A stretch of DNA of 58,045 nt from Chrysochromulina tobinii (lineage: Eukaryota), in assembly GCA_001275005.1 (NCBI GenBank), contig JWZX01003265.1:1-58045 (forward strand), given 5' to 3'. A program made the position numbers and the translations under genes. This document shows positions 21,158-31,937 of this stretch, in pieces (within the stretch, counting starts at the first letter, position 1; each line of letters opens with the position of its first letter). Under the pieces are notes generated by a model. That model worked only from the letters and a program-made list of their open reading frames with translations, was not told where the DNA came from and searched no databases.

Positions 21158-22010
21158 GGACAAAGGAGCACTGCCGGTGGGGTCGCATGGCGTGGAGGCC
21201 AGCGGTGGCTTGGTACGCTATTACGCTATTACGCATGGCACACAGGTTCTGACAGACATCAATACTTCAAGAGTGGATGGCAGAGGGCACCCTGAGATAC
21301 GGCGCTCAGAAGACCTCTCATGCATGTCTAGGGGATTTTGAGGTCGAACTTTCCATCGATCGGCTCAGTGTTTCTTGTTACTCGTGGGACGCGACGAAAC
21401 TGATTGACTGACTGGGTCGTGTATCGACTGTCGTGAGTCGAGTGGCTCTGCAAAGAGCGAGAAGAAGATGAAGATCTCGAATAATTTTCGCGTTTTGTCG
21501 GCGGTATATCGTATAATATACTGTAAGCTCACGGAACGAGTCAGTGGACAACGACGGCAGAAGCATGATGACGGTTGACAAAACCCTAAACCCCACCCCC
21601 TCCCCCCACCCTCCACCTGATTGCCTATCACGTCACAATCCCGCCCGGTAGTACGGTATAGGGCACGAGCGAGCACCACCACCAGAGATCACACTGCCGA
21701 CTGTGTGCTGGGAGAGACCGTCCACACGACCAAACCGCCGACGCCCAGACCATCCTCAACGCCGCCAGCGCGCGCATGCTCCGTGTCTCGTTTGGGGTCA
21801 TGTAAGGTGTGTGTATTCTGAGCGGGCAGTAACAGTGCCGTAGCACCGGCTGTTGCGTCTGTCGTATTAACGTTCACGACACAATACACTCAGTTTCGTC
21901 CAACGGTTTCGCGTCCCCCCCGCCACTTTCTGTCTCTGAGAAAATGCTAATCACCCACCGTCCGGGCCTATTTCTATCGCCTCCGTCCAGTAGCAGCGTT
22001 GGCTGCCGAG

Positions 22011-23108
22011 ATGACCCACTTCGCCCTACGGCTCGATGCATCGGTGCACGACCGGGGTAAAGTGTTTGACGAGTCTGAGTTCTCGCCAATCCCTGGCGCA
22101 ATCCCACCACCCAACCGGCTGCCAGTGGGCACGTCTCCTCCGCGGCGCACGCCATTTCTGACGTCCGAGCGGGTGCAGTTGCGCCACACCACGCTCCTCG
22201 ACGCCTTCCAGACAGCAGACCGTCGCCAGCGCGGCCACCTGCCATATGACCGCGTACTTTCTCTCTACGGCCTGTACTTCCACGCATCGATCGGGTCGCT
22301 CGACGACAACGAGTTTGCCGACTTCGCGGAGCAGTTCATGTTCCACACGCCCTTCGACGGCACTCTCGTCGTTGAGTACCACAAGCTCGCCGATGCGCTG
22401 CGAAAGCGGGACATCGATCTAATGAACAAGGCGGCGATAGGCGCGCTGCGCCAGGGAGGGAACTACGCGAGCCCCGAGCGGCAGGCGTACCCGCAACGCA
22501 CCGGGCGGACGGGCCCGTCACCGGCGCACGTGAGCCCGCCGTACGGTACCTACAAAGGCACCGTCGGCCCACCGTCACAGCCGCACCCGTCACAGCCGTA
22601 CCCGTCACAGCAGCCGCGGGCTTCGCTGTACCAGGAGCTTCCACAGTATCAGCCGCCGCGGCACGACGCATTAGAGGGTATGGTCACCGGCCTGTCGCCC
22701 AAGCACGGCAGCAGCGGCGGGTACGCACCCGCGCCACTGGGCGCCTTCGACCCGAGCGCGCGCGATTGGGCCGGCTCGGCGAACGGTTTGGCCACTCCGC
22801 CGAGGGGGAGGCCCGGGCGCGGAGTCGGGTCGGGGGACAGCCAGACGAGGACTGGGGACAGCCTGCGAGATCTGCTCCAGACCCTCGAGGCCGCTGATGC
22901 CGAGCGGAGCTGTCGGGTGCACTGCGCCCAGCTGCTCACGTGCTGCCGCATGAAAGGTCTCGAAGAGCCCTCTTCGTTGCTGCACTCTGTGATGCGTGAG
23001 GTCGCTACCGAGGACGGGCGGGTGGACTATGTCAAGTTCACCCAGCAACTCGCGGCGCAGCGCGCGGGCGAGATGGCCCGCGCCGCTCTCATGGCGCTCC
23101 CGGGCTGA
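22011..23108 (+). CDS. Hypothetical protein with two degenerate EF-hand-pair-like regions separated by a Pro/Gln-rich linker
   Basis: LLDAFQTADRRQRGHLPY...DGTLVVEYHKLADAL and LEAADAERSCRVH...EDGRVDYVKFTQQL; ATG at 22011. Confidence 0.6.
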   Translation: MTHFALRLDASVHDRGKVFDESEFSPIPGAIPPPNRLPVGTSPPRRTPFLTSERVQLRHTTLLDAFQTADRRQRGHLPYDRVLSLYGLYFHASIGSLDDNEFADFAEQFMFHTPFDGTLVVEYHKLADALRKRDIDLMNKAAIGALRQGGNYASPERQAYPQRTGRTGPSPAHVSPPYGTYKGTVGPPSQPHPSQPYPSQQPRASLYQELPQYQPPRHDALEGMVTGLSPKHGSSGGYAPAPLGAFDPSARDWAGSANGLATPPRGRPGRGVGSGDSQTRTGDSLRDLLQTLEAADAERSCRVHCAQLLTCCRMKGLEEPSSLLHSVMREVATEDGRVDYVKFTQQLAAQRAGEMARAALMALPG

Positions 23109-23571
23109 GGAGTCACTCCTCTCGCCCGCAAACCGAGGGGAGCCCCATGCACCTACCCAGAACCCTCCCTACCAGGAGGCACAACTTCAGCTTCTCCATT
23201 TTCAACAGGTGTTGACTTCGGCACTTCGCTTTCTCGTTATGTTCATTGTCTCTCGGCATTACACTTTACAGCGCCGCGCGGGGTAGATTCTCCCAAATTC
23301 CACGACGGACATCACTGGCATAGCCCTTGGGGCCTTGGGCCATGGGCATGGCGTGAGAGGTCGTTGAGGGGTCTTGGAATAGACCTACCTTCTATTACAC
23401 CTGATAACTCCTCCTCCTGTATCCGCCGGTCGCGACTCCTTGAGCGCGGCCGCCTTTTTCACATTCTCCAGACGGTGTGGCGGCTGACGAACCGGAGCCG
23501 GCCCAAACCGGGCCGAAGGCTGTGCGTACAATAGGAAATAGCCTAAGACCGAGTAAAGACCGAGCAAGTCC

Positions 23572-25314
23572 ATGAGCATTGAGCAAGACCAAGTGACTAC
23601 GCAAGTGTGTGTTCCAAGGCGTCTTGGAGGATGAGGGGCCCAAGAAGTTCTACAAGAAGGTCCAAGACCGAGACGGTAGCGAACGCTGGGTACGCTGCTG
23701 TGTTCGCGTTGCGTGCTAATAAGGGGTGCGGTACCGTTCCGGTTCAAAAACACCGGCGCGTACCGGCACCGTGTCCGGCTCCCCCGGTGTTTTGGAACCG
23801 GACGGTACTGTACCGGTATCCAATTGCCGGTAACTTCCCTCACGCGCGCCGAGGCGCGCCGGGCGTCCTCTCCGCGGGTCCTCGAACCTCGTGGTCTTTT
23901 TTTCCTCGACTAGGTGCTTGAAATGCACCGGGAGCCGCAGCAACTCGCCAGGATACCCAGTGATGGTAAGCTCAAGGCGAAGGCCTTCGCGGCCGCGTAT
24001 CGTGTCCCTCAGCCGCGTCCTGCGGAGGACGTGCGCACATCAAGACTGGTCTCGCGCGGACAATGCTCGCGTAGCTTACCGGAGCTTGTTGCAGTCGATG
24101 CCAATCCAGTGTATCAGCTTGCCGCACTCTTACAGCGAGTTGGTCATCGTCCATCTTCTTCTTCAGAGAAGGATTTCGCAAATGCGATTCACTATGAGTG
24201 GCACTGCCATGCATCCGCACCACAGTCTCGACTGACTGTGGTTCGGTTGCGTGGCTGCGCCAAGCTGGGCCAGCTTCCAATCTCCCTGTTGACGGCGTCA
24301 TTGGCCACACTCGACCTCACCGGCTGCGCAAGCCTGCGTGAGCTGCCCTTCGAGCTTGCTTCGCTTTCAACGATTGAGCACATCATTTTAGTTGGGTGCT
24401 CATCGCTCACACGCTTGCTGTTGCCCTGTCCAGCATCATCGCTCTCGTCTCTCAGCCTGCGAGGGTGCTGCAACTTGCTCGCCGCCGAAGATGGGCTGCT
24501 GAGCTTCGAGGGCTGCGCCAGGTTGTCGTCCCTCGACGTGAGCGAGTGCGCAGGACTCGCGAGGAGCCTCGTCCGGCTCTGCCTCAGCGGCTGCGAGCGG
24601 CTGAGCAGCATTCCGACTGGGCTAGCGGCGATGCATGCGTTGGAGGAGCTCGATCTCACCCGGTGCACGGCATTGTACGAGTCAATGGAGCCGGGCGTCG
24701 TCTCAGAGCTTGGGCTCTTGGAAGCGCAGGAGCTGCCGAGACTGAGGGTCATCGACTGCAATGGCACCGGCCATCAGCTCATCAGTGTGCTCGCGTATCT
24801 GGAGCCTCTCGTCCAACGTGTCCAGAGTGGGATGCTGGAAATCCTGCCGCGCTTTGTTTGGGACTCTGCCATGAAGACTTCGGCAGCTTCGACGCCACAA
24901 GCTGCCGCAGTTCTTCGAAACATTGTTGTTGTTGGCTCGCCCCTGGCGACAGAGAAGAGGAAGCTCATCGAGCACGACTACGCCGAAGCGGACGCTCTAT
25001 TCGCGCGTTTGGACACTGATAAATCGGGCACACTCGACTGTGGAGAGTTGCTAAAGTACCTGCTGAGTGAAGGGCAGGAGGCGGAGACCATCAGCGAGCT
25101 CTTCGGACGGCTGGACGCCAATTCAGACGGGGTCGTAACGTTAGCGGAGTGGCGAGAAGGATTTCTGACGGGTCGAAGTGTTACAATCAGTCCCGCCATG
25201 GCACCAGCACCATCGCCCATGGCAGCAGCCGCTCCAGAGCAGGCCATCGCGCAGGCAGCTGAGGAGCGGTGGCAAAAGTACAGTACTGAAGCAGACGATA
25301 AGGAGAGGGTATGA
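23572..25314 (+). CDS. LRR + EF-hand protein; probable short first exon (~23572-23689, with an apparent one-base shift near 23596), intron 23690-23913, main exon 23914-25314
   Basis: LxxLxLxGCxxLxxLP repeats; two EF loops (DTDKSGTLDCGE, DANSDGVVTLAE). Donor TGG|GTACGC and acceptor TTTTTTTCCTCGACTAG|GTG join ...KVQDRDGSERW to VLEMH... in phase 0. Confidence 0.65.
23731..23808. repeat. ~25 bp inverted repeat (hairpin/MITE-like) inside the predicted intron
   Basis: GTACCGTTCCGGTTCAAAAACACCGG (23731-23756) is nearly the reverse complement of CCGGTGTTTTGGAACCGGACGGTAC (23784-23808). Confidence 0.8.
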
Positions 25315-25460
25315 GGGACGTGTATTTGTTTTATTCTGCCTGCACGGATTTGTCTTCTTGTTTACGGGCCCGTCGCAGCCGGGGGAGCAAAGGCCAGGCA
25401 CTGCCGCGAGGCAAGGTAACGCAGCCAAGCCTGGTGCCGAGGGGGCAATGGGTAGGCACC

Positions 25461-26359
25461 ACTAGTCGCGGACCGACGGGGGGCGCGTTCCCTCGTGGGG
25501 CAACTTGATTACGAACTAGGCGGCAGCAAGGCGGTCAAATGATCCACGTGATCTAAGGGTACCAATCGACAGATCTCGGAACGTAGGCCCAAGATCCGCA
25601 ATAATCCGCTCGGAATAATCAAAACGACGCCCGCGAACAGCCTTTCCAACTTTGTTCACGAAACCCCTCGCGCACACCTTCGCTTCCGGTGCGACCCAGC
25701 ACCTTGGCTGCCGCCCCTCTCTCCGTCTCATGGTGAGGACATACATCCGCAAGGGTGGCCATGGCGGCGACCGCAGCAAGGCTGGCCTGCCTACCGGCTA
25801 CTGGCAGGAGAAGAGTCGTCGCGCCGCAGCAGCCGCAGCAAAGGCTGCAGCAAAAGCAAAAGAATTGCTAGACTAAGAGGCAGCAAGGCGGCGGCCACCA
25901 ACCGCTGGAGGATGTGGGCCAAGCACAGTGATGAGCAGCAGTCGACCAGCAATCAGCTGCAAACAGTGTAATGCCCGCCTTGTGAGCCTCGACTGACTCC
26001 ACGCAGATGACGACTCAGCTTGTGCTCGTTGCTGGCTCTCGTGTGCTCCGCAGGGCGGTGTGAGGCTACAATCCAGCTTTCGGTCAAAGATATCTTCACT
26101 TCAGGCTCGAGTTCGCTATGGATCCCGGCCATGCCGTCGAGAGAGCGGGCGGATAAGGGAGCGAGAAAGTTGCTTTTGTTCTTGTGGGCTAGTGTGTCAT
26201 CGTAGTAGTCGGTACATACATGTACGTCGCAGTCAATAGTGTGTGAGTGGCATCAATTTCAGGGCCAAAATGTAGTGATTAACAGTCAATATCGCCAAAA
26301 TTTTCGGCAACTTGATTACCCCTTCCAGAACGCGCCACCCCCGTCAGCGCACGACTAGT
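25461..26359. mobile_element. Non-autonomous DNA transposon/MITE-like element (~900 bp) with imperfect ~30 bp terminal inverted repeats
   Basis: Left end ACTAGTCGCGGACCGACGGGGGGCGCGTTC versus right-end reverse complement ACTAGTCGTGCGCTGACGGGGGTGGCGCGTTC. Subterminal GGCAACTTGATTAC near both ends. Internal ORF remnant MVRTYIRKGGHGGDRSKAG at 25730-25876. Confidence 0.6.
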
Positions 26360-26852
26360 CGGTCGGGTAACTCGACCCATGCCGGCGGCCCGGCCCGGGA
26401 GCCGGGTCCGCTGCGGGTGCTCGTGCGCAGGGTCGGCGCCGACGGGGACGTGCGCGCCCACGCGGCCCGGGCGGCCCCAACTGAACGCGGCCACGCGGGC
26501 CGCTAGTCACTTATTAGTCCTAAAAGGTGACACCACACGATTCACGGAATCACGCTCGAGACACCGGACTTGATCGACGGCGGTTGGGGGTTGGCCGCTG
26601 AGACGGGCCGGACGACAGATGGCAGGCCCGGCCCCTATGCTATCTATGATGCCTCGAGCTGCGCACTGACATCGGCCCGCGCGCGGCTCACACTCACATC
26701 GCAGGATGGCGCTTGGCCGCTCTTACTCTGGGATTGGATTGGGCATGGGGAGCTACGCTCTGCTGGACGCTCTGCTGGTCAGACACTCCACGCTACTGGA
26801 CTCGACTCTCGCGCGTCGACGCTTGCCATGGCGCTCAGACGCCTATCTACGA

Positions 26853-28799
26853 TTAGTCGACTTCCTCGATGTTGGGGCCACCGCCACCGCCGGGCATGCC
26901 ACCGGGCATGCCGCCGGGCATGCCACCCATGCCGCCGCCGCCGCCCGAGTAGAGCGACTGCATGATCGGAGTGCAAATGCTCTCAACCTCCTTCTGCTTG
27001 TGCTCGAACTCCTCCTTCTCGGCGAGCTGGTTGGACTCGAGCCACTTGAGGGCGTCGTCGATGGCCTTCTCGGCCTTGGCCTTGTCGTCGGTCGAGATCT
27101 TGTCCTTGAGCTTGTCATCCTGGATCGTGTTCTTCATCGAGTAGCAGTAGTTCTCGAGGCCGTTCTTGGACTCGACCTTCTTCTTGAAGAGCTCGTCCTC
27201 CTTGGCGAATCTCTCCGCATCGGCCGTCATCTTCTCGACGTCCTCCTTGGACAGGCGGCTCTTGTCGTTGGTGATGGTGATCTTGTTCTCCTTGCCAGTC
27301 GACTTCTCGAGCGCCGACACGTTGAGCATGCCGTTGGCATCAATGTCGAAAGTGACGTCGACCTGGGGCACGCCACGGGGCATGGGCGGGATGCCCGACA
27401 GATTGAACTCACCGAGCTTGTTGTTGTCCTTGGTGCGCGAGCGCTCGCCCTCGAAGACCTGGATGGTCACCGCCGGCTGGTTGTCAGAGTACGTCGAGAA
27501 GGTCTGCGACTTCTTGGTGGGCACGGTGGTGTTGCGCGGGATGAGCACGGTCATCACCTCGCCCGCGGTCTCGAGGCCGAGCGAGAGCGGCGTCACGTCA
27601 AGCAGCAGCAGGTCCTCGGTCTTGGCCGAGCCGGTGCCCGAGAGGATGGCGGCCTGCACGGCGGCGCCGTACGCGACGGCCTCGTCGGGGTTGATCGACT
27701 TGGACGGCTCCTTGCCGTTGAAAAAGTCGGTGAGCAGCTGGATCACCTTAGGGATGCGGGTGGAACCACCGACGAGCACGACGTCGTGCACCTGGTTCTT
27801 CGACATCTTCGAGTCGCGGAGCACCTTCTCGACGGGCTCCATGGTGCCGCGGAAGAGGTCCATGTTGAGCTCCTCGAAGCGCGCGCGCGTGATCGACGAG
27901 AAGAAGTCGATTCCCTCGAAGAGCGAGTCGATCTCGATCGAGGTCTGCGTCGACGACGAGAGGGTGCGCTTGGCGCGCTCGCAAGCGGTACGCAGGCGGC
28001 GCATGGCGCGCGCGTTGCCCGTCATGTCCTTCTTGTGCTTGCGCTTGAACTCCTGCACGAAGTGGTTGACGGTGCGGTTGTCGAAGTCCTCGCCGCCAAG
28101 GTGGGTGTCACCTGCGGTCGCCTTGACCTCGAAGATGCCCTCCTCAATGGTCAGCAGCGACACGTCGAAGGTGCCGCCGCCGAGGTCAAAGATAAGCACG
28201 TTGCGCTCCGACGACGACTGCTTGTCGAGGCCGTAGGCGATGGCGGCCGCGGTGGGCTCGTTGATGATGCGCAGGCAGTTGATGCCGGCGATCGCGGCCG
28301 CATCTTTGGTCGACGTGCGCTGCGAGTCGTTGAAGTAGGCCGGCACAGTCACGACAGCGTTGGGCACATCCTTGCCCAGGTACGACTCGGCGGTCTCCTT
28401 CATCTTGACGAGGATCATCGACGAGATCTCCTCGGGAGTGAAGAGCTTGGTCTCGCCCTTGAACTCAACCTCAATGACCGGGCGGTCTCCGTCCTTGGCC
28501 TTGACCTTGAACGGGAAGTGCTTCATGTCGGACTGCGTCGACGAGTCCGAGAACTTGCGGCCAATAAGGCGCTTGGCGTCGAAGATGGTGTTCTCCGGGT
28601 TCATGGCGGCCTGATTCTTGGCGGCGTCGCCGATCATGCGCTCGGTGTCCGAGAAGGCAACGAACGAGGGGGTCGTGCGGTTGCCCTGGTCGTTGGCGAT
28701 GATCTCAACGCGGTCGTTCTGCCAGATGCCGACGCACGAGTACGTGGTACCAAGGTCGATGCCAACCGCGAGACCCTCAACCTTGCCGTCCTTGCCCAT
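26853..28799 (-). CDS. HSP70: Cytosolic heat shock protein 70
   Basis: [39 protein letters not shown] repeats, C-terminal GPNIEEVD; likely start MGKDGK at 28799; intronless. Confidence 0.98.
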   Translation of the reverse strand: MGKDGKVEGLAVGIDLGTTYSCVGIWQNDRVEIIANDQGNRTTPSFVAFSDTERMIGDAAKNQAAMNPENTIFDAKRLIGRKFSDSSTQSDMKHFPFKVKAKDGDRPVIEVEFKGETKLFTPEEISSMILVKMKETAESYLGKDVPNAVVTVPAYFNDSQRTSTKDAAAIAGINCLRIINEPTAAAIAYGLDKQSSSERNVLIFDLGGGTFDVSLLTIEEGIFEVKATAGDTHLGGEDFDNRTVNHFVQEFKRKHKKDMTGNARAMRRLRTACERAKRTLSSSTQTSIEIDSLFEGIDFFSSITRARFEELNMDLFRGTMEPVEKVLRDSKMSKNQVHDVVLVGGSTRIPKVIQLLTDFFNGKEPSKSINPDEAVAYGAAVQAAILSGTGSAKTEDLLLLDVTPLSLGLETAGEVMTVLIPRNTTVPTKKSQTFSTYSDNQPAVTIQVFEGERSRTKDNNKLGEFNLSGIPPMPRGVPQVDVTFDIDANGMLNVSALEKSTGKENKITITNDKSRLSKEDVEKMTADAERFAKEDELFKKKVESKNGLENYCYSMKNTIQDDKLKDKISTDDKAKAEKAIDDALKWLESNQLAEKEEFEHKQKEVESICTPIMQSLYSGGGGGMGGMPGGMPGGMPGGGGGPNIEEVD

Positions 28800-29290
28800 G
28801 AGTGCTTGTTGTTTGGTTGATAGTACTGCGCGCGGGGGTGGGCGGCAGAGAGACGCGATCGTCAGCAAGCGCGTGCGCAAGAGCGCGCAGGGTCTGGGGG
28901 CCAAAGAAGCTCCAGATCGGCCAAGGCGCGCTCGGCGTGGGCGCCGCTGGAAGTTGATGGGGCGACGCGCCGAAAAGGGTGCAGAGACGGTGCGCGTGCG
29001 CTGGAGTATGTTGCGCGGTGCGCGCACGGGGCCGTGTGGGGCGAGCATGTTTGGGCGGGCAACGCGCCGCCTATCGCATAAAGCGCGCGCAAAAGACGCG
29101 CACCTTTCTGGAATCGCGAGCGATGCGGCGCGCCACGCGCACGAGTCCCTACCTTTCTCATTGTGAATAGGGTCTCTCGCGACGGACCGGCTCCCCAGAG
29201 ACCCCAGACGGGATCGGAGAGGCGCAGAGGCCTCACGTTTGGGCGGGCAATGTGGAAAACCCACCGAAACGCTCGACACTCAAACTCTTA

Positions 29291-29665
29291 TACATGTAGT
29301 GCATTGACCCGCCTTGATTTGAGCATTTGATCCTGTGAGAGGCGCCCGAGGCCCGTGGCCGGTGGATGGCCCTTACATGTATGTACATGTACCAGGGTTA
29401 GTTATTTGTTATTAGCGACGGTTGAAGATCGGTGTTTATAGAGTCCCTTGGGGCAAGACCGCCTGCAGCCTTGGCCTTGCTTGTAATGCTTGCTCGTTGC
29501 TGTCATGCTGTGTACAAGGGGTTGTATACATGTATGAAGTTATGATGGACCCCGCCAATCAACCCTTAGCCTTATCAACCCTTGAATCAACCAATACAGT
29601 CTGTATTCATCAACAATAAACAAAGAAGCGGCCTAGTTTTCAACCAACGAACTCGAGTACATGTA
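29291..29665. repeat. AT-richer intergenic segment with five copies of the palindrome TACATGTA
   Basis: Copies at 29291, 29374, 29384, 29527 and 29658. Confidence 0.8.
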
Positions 29666-29782
29666 TTGTAAGAAGAGAGATAAACGGAGAGGTCACTAAT
29701 ATGCACATTCACATCAGGCGCAATTGGTAAGGCATAAACAAGCACACAAATAAGGCAACTCTCTGACCTCTGAAGTGCGGAA

Positions 29783-31071
29783 ATGGTGGCCCCCTGTGTG
29801 CTCGCAGACGTTCACGAGCCGCTCGCCGTGGAGCACAAGGACGGACACGTGATCGAGTCTCTGCATGTGCGCAGCAGCCTCGTCGGCCGTCCGGCAATCC
29901 TTTGCCGCGACTCGAGGAGCGTAGTCCTCCGAAAGCTGCTCATTGAGCACGTCGAGGGTGGCGTGGGCATCCGCTTCGAGCGGTGTCCCGGGCTTCGCGT
30001 GGAGCAGGTCGAGGTGCGCGTGCTCGGCGCGGCCGATGACCACGCACGTCCGACCGCCAACTGCCACCTTGGCTCCAGCGAATGCCACAACATCCATGGC
30101 GTCGACAGCGCGGACGTCATACTTGAGCAGGTACGTGTGACGGGCGGCTCTAGCGGCATCGAGCTGCAGCGGTGCGCGCGCGCGCAGCTGCGCGATATCG
30201 TCGGGCGCAACGTGCGTGGTCCGTACCCGCGCGGCCAATGCGTTCAGTTCACCGCCTGCGACCACGCGCTGCTAGAGCGCTTCCACTGCGTCAACGAGCT
30301 CGGCCGCTCGTGGCCCGAGGACTCGATCTCGGTGTGGAGATCTCGCGAGGTGACGGTGCGCGAGGGGCTGGTTGACGGGAACAATGCGCCCAACGGCGTG
30401 GGCGTCATGTTCGAGAACGACGACGAGCGCGCCATCGGTGGCCTGCTCGAGCACGTGGACGCGATCCACATGGGCGGTGGTTGCTTCTCGGGCTACCCGG
30501 CGGCTGGGCTCCTGATGCGGCACGTGCGCTGCGGATGGAACCATTGCGAGGGTGTGGGTGGGCGCGAAGCGCCAGCGTCGGGCGGTCAGATGTACGCCGC
30601 GGGCGACCAGCCTCATGGTGTGCAGGGATACGTCGCCAGCCATGCCATCCGCATTGTGAACGCCACCGCATACGCCCCTTGCGATCCGTACCGGCGCTTC
30701 TACTGGAGTCGGAGCGAAGGCGCCTACGCAGCCACACCGGAGGTGGCGGAGCGCCCGTTTGTACCGCGCCAGCCGGTGCACTGGGCTATGTGCTGGGAGC
30801 CGCCGGCCGTGCCGCCCTCACCGCTGCTGCCGCCCTCCCCGTCGCCGCTGCTGCCGCCCTCGCCGTCGCCGCCGCCCTTGGCGCAATCACCGCGCACGCC
30901 ATCCGCGTCGCCATCCGTGCGACCGCTGCGGTATGCGCCGCCGCCACACGCGCCGCCCTTCGTCATGTGGCCGCCGCCGGAGCGCGAACTGTCGCCCGCA
31001 CGCCCGCAGCCGCTTCCGCCGTTGAGCGCCGAGGAAGCCAAGGACGCCGCCGATGGCACTCAGAGCGGTGA

Positions 31072-31123
<52 letters not shown>

Positions 31124-31722
31124 TCGGAGAGTCAGAGTCGCTTCCTCTTCTTGAGCGGAAGGGCGATTCTGCTGACGAGCGATGGCGAGACGACGGCAAG
31201 GCACTTTCTACCAGGCAGCCGCTCAAGACACCGCCCATTCCACCACCCGTGCCAGCTCCGCATTCGCTGCCCCTCCCCCGGGGGTTTGTGATCGCCCTGT
31301 GCACAGGTGGCGCGCTCGTGTTCGCGGCAGGCACGACGCTTGCGAGCCAGCCGCAACGACCGCCTATGCCTCCATCGGCGCCGCCAACGACACCTCCCCT
31401 CCCGAGGGCGCCGCCGCCTCCGTCACCTTGTACGCCACCGCCGCCGTCGCCATTCCCTTTTCCACCTCCGCCACCACCACCGCCACCTTTGCCACCACCT
31501 CCGTCTCCGCCGCCTCCATCGCCATCACCGCCTTGGCCGCCGCGACCGCCCAATCCTCCGCCTCCACCATCACCATCCCCGCCGCCCTCGCCAATGCCGC
31601 CGTTCCCGCCCCTGCAGCCCGGCGCGCACTTGCGTGCGTCTGTCACGTGGACCCTTGACTTGCGAGCGGCATCATCATCAGTGCCCGAGGGGCAGCCACA
31701 GTGGCGGTATACTAGGCGGTAG
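29783..31722 (+). CDS. Right-handed parallel beta-helix (pectin-lyase-fold) protein followed by Pro-rich, poly-Ser, hydrophobic (TM-like) and Pro-rich segments; the 3' part needs ~2 frameshifts or is a separate ORF
   Basis: PbH1-like repeats (GIRFERC..LRVEQV; GIELQRC; NVRGPYPRGQCVQF; EDSISVWRS; DGNNAPNGVGVMFE). Downstream frames give TFYQAAAQ... and then GFVIALCTGGALVFAAG + (P/S)n. Confidence 0.6.
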
Positions 31723-31937
31723 CAGATTTGTCTGAAGTCTCAGGAGGCTCAAAGTTTCGCGGTTAAGGTTGGTCGTCACGTTTCAATGTCGTGCGTGCAT
31801 AACGCTACTCGAACTAAATACGATGAGGACATCGCACGGCCATCGTCCTCTTACGCGTCTTAACTTTGTGAAACCCCGGGTCTGACTCCGGTCGTGAGGC
31901 GGGTGAGCCGTGACCGGTTCCCGATCTGCATCAGATC

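Noticed and set aside
21581..21590. AAACCCTAAA telomere/telo-box-like word
   Set aside because: Single copy; not an array.
26706..28820. 704-aa ORF antisense to HSP70
   Set aside because: Well-known shadow ORF produced by codon bias on the opposite strand of HSP70 genes; no independent evidence.
29106..29113. Possible heat-shock element TTCTGGAA upstream of HSP70
   Set aside because: Only two nGAAn units; too short to distinguish from chance.
28800..29279. 160-aa N-terminal extension of HSP70 in the ORF track
   Set aside because: Begins at a non-ATG codon and is Arg-rich and UTR/promoter-like; the EEVD end indicates a cytosolic protein starting at MGKDGK.
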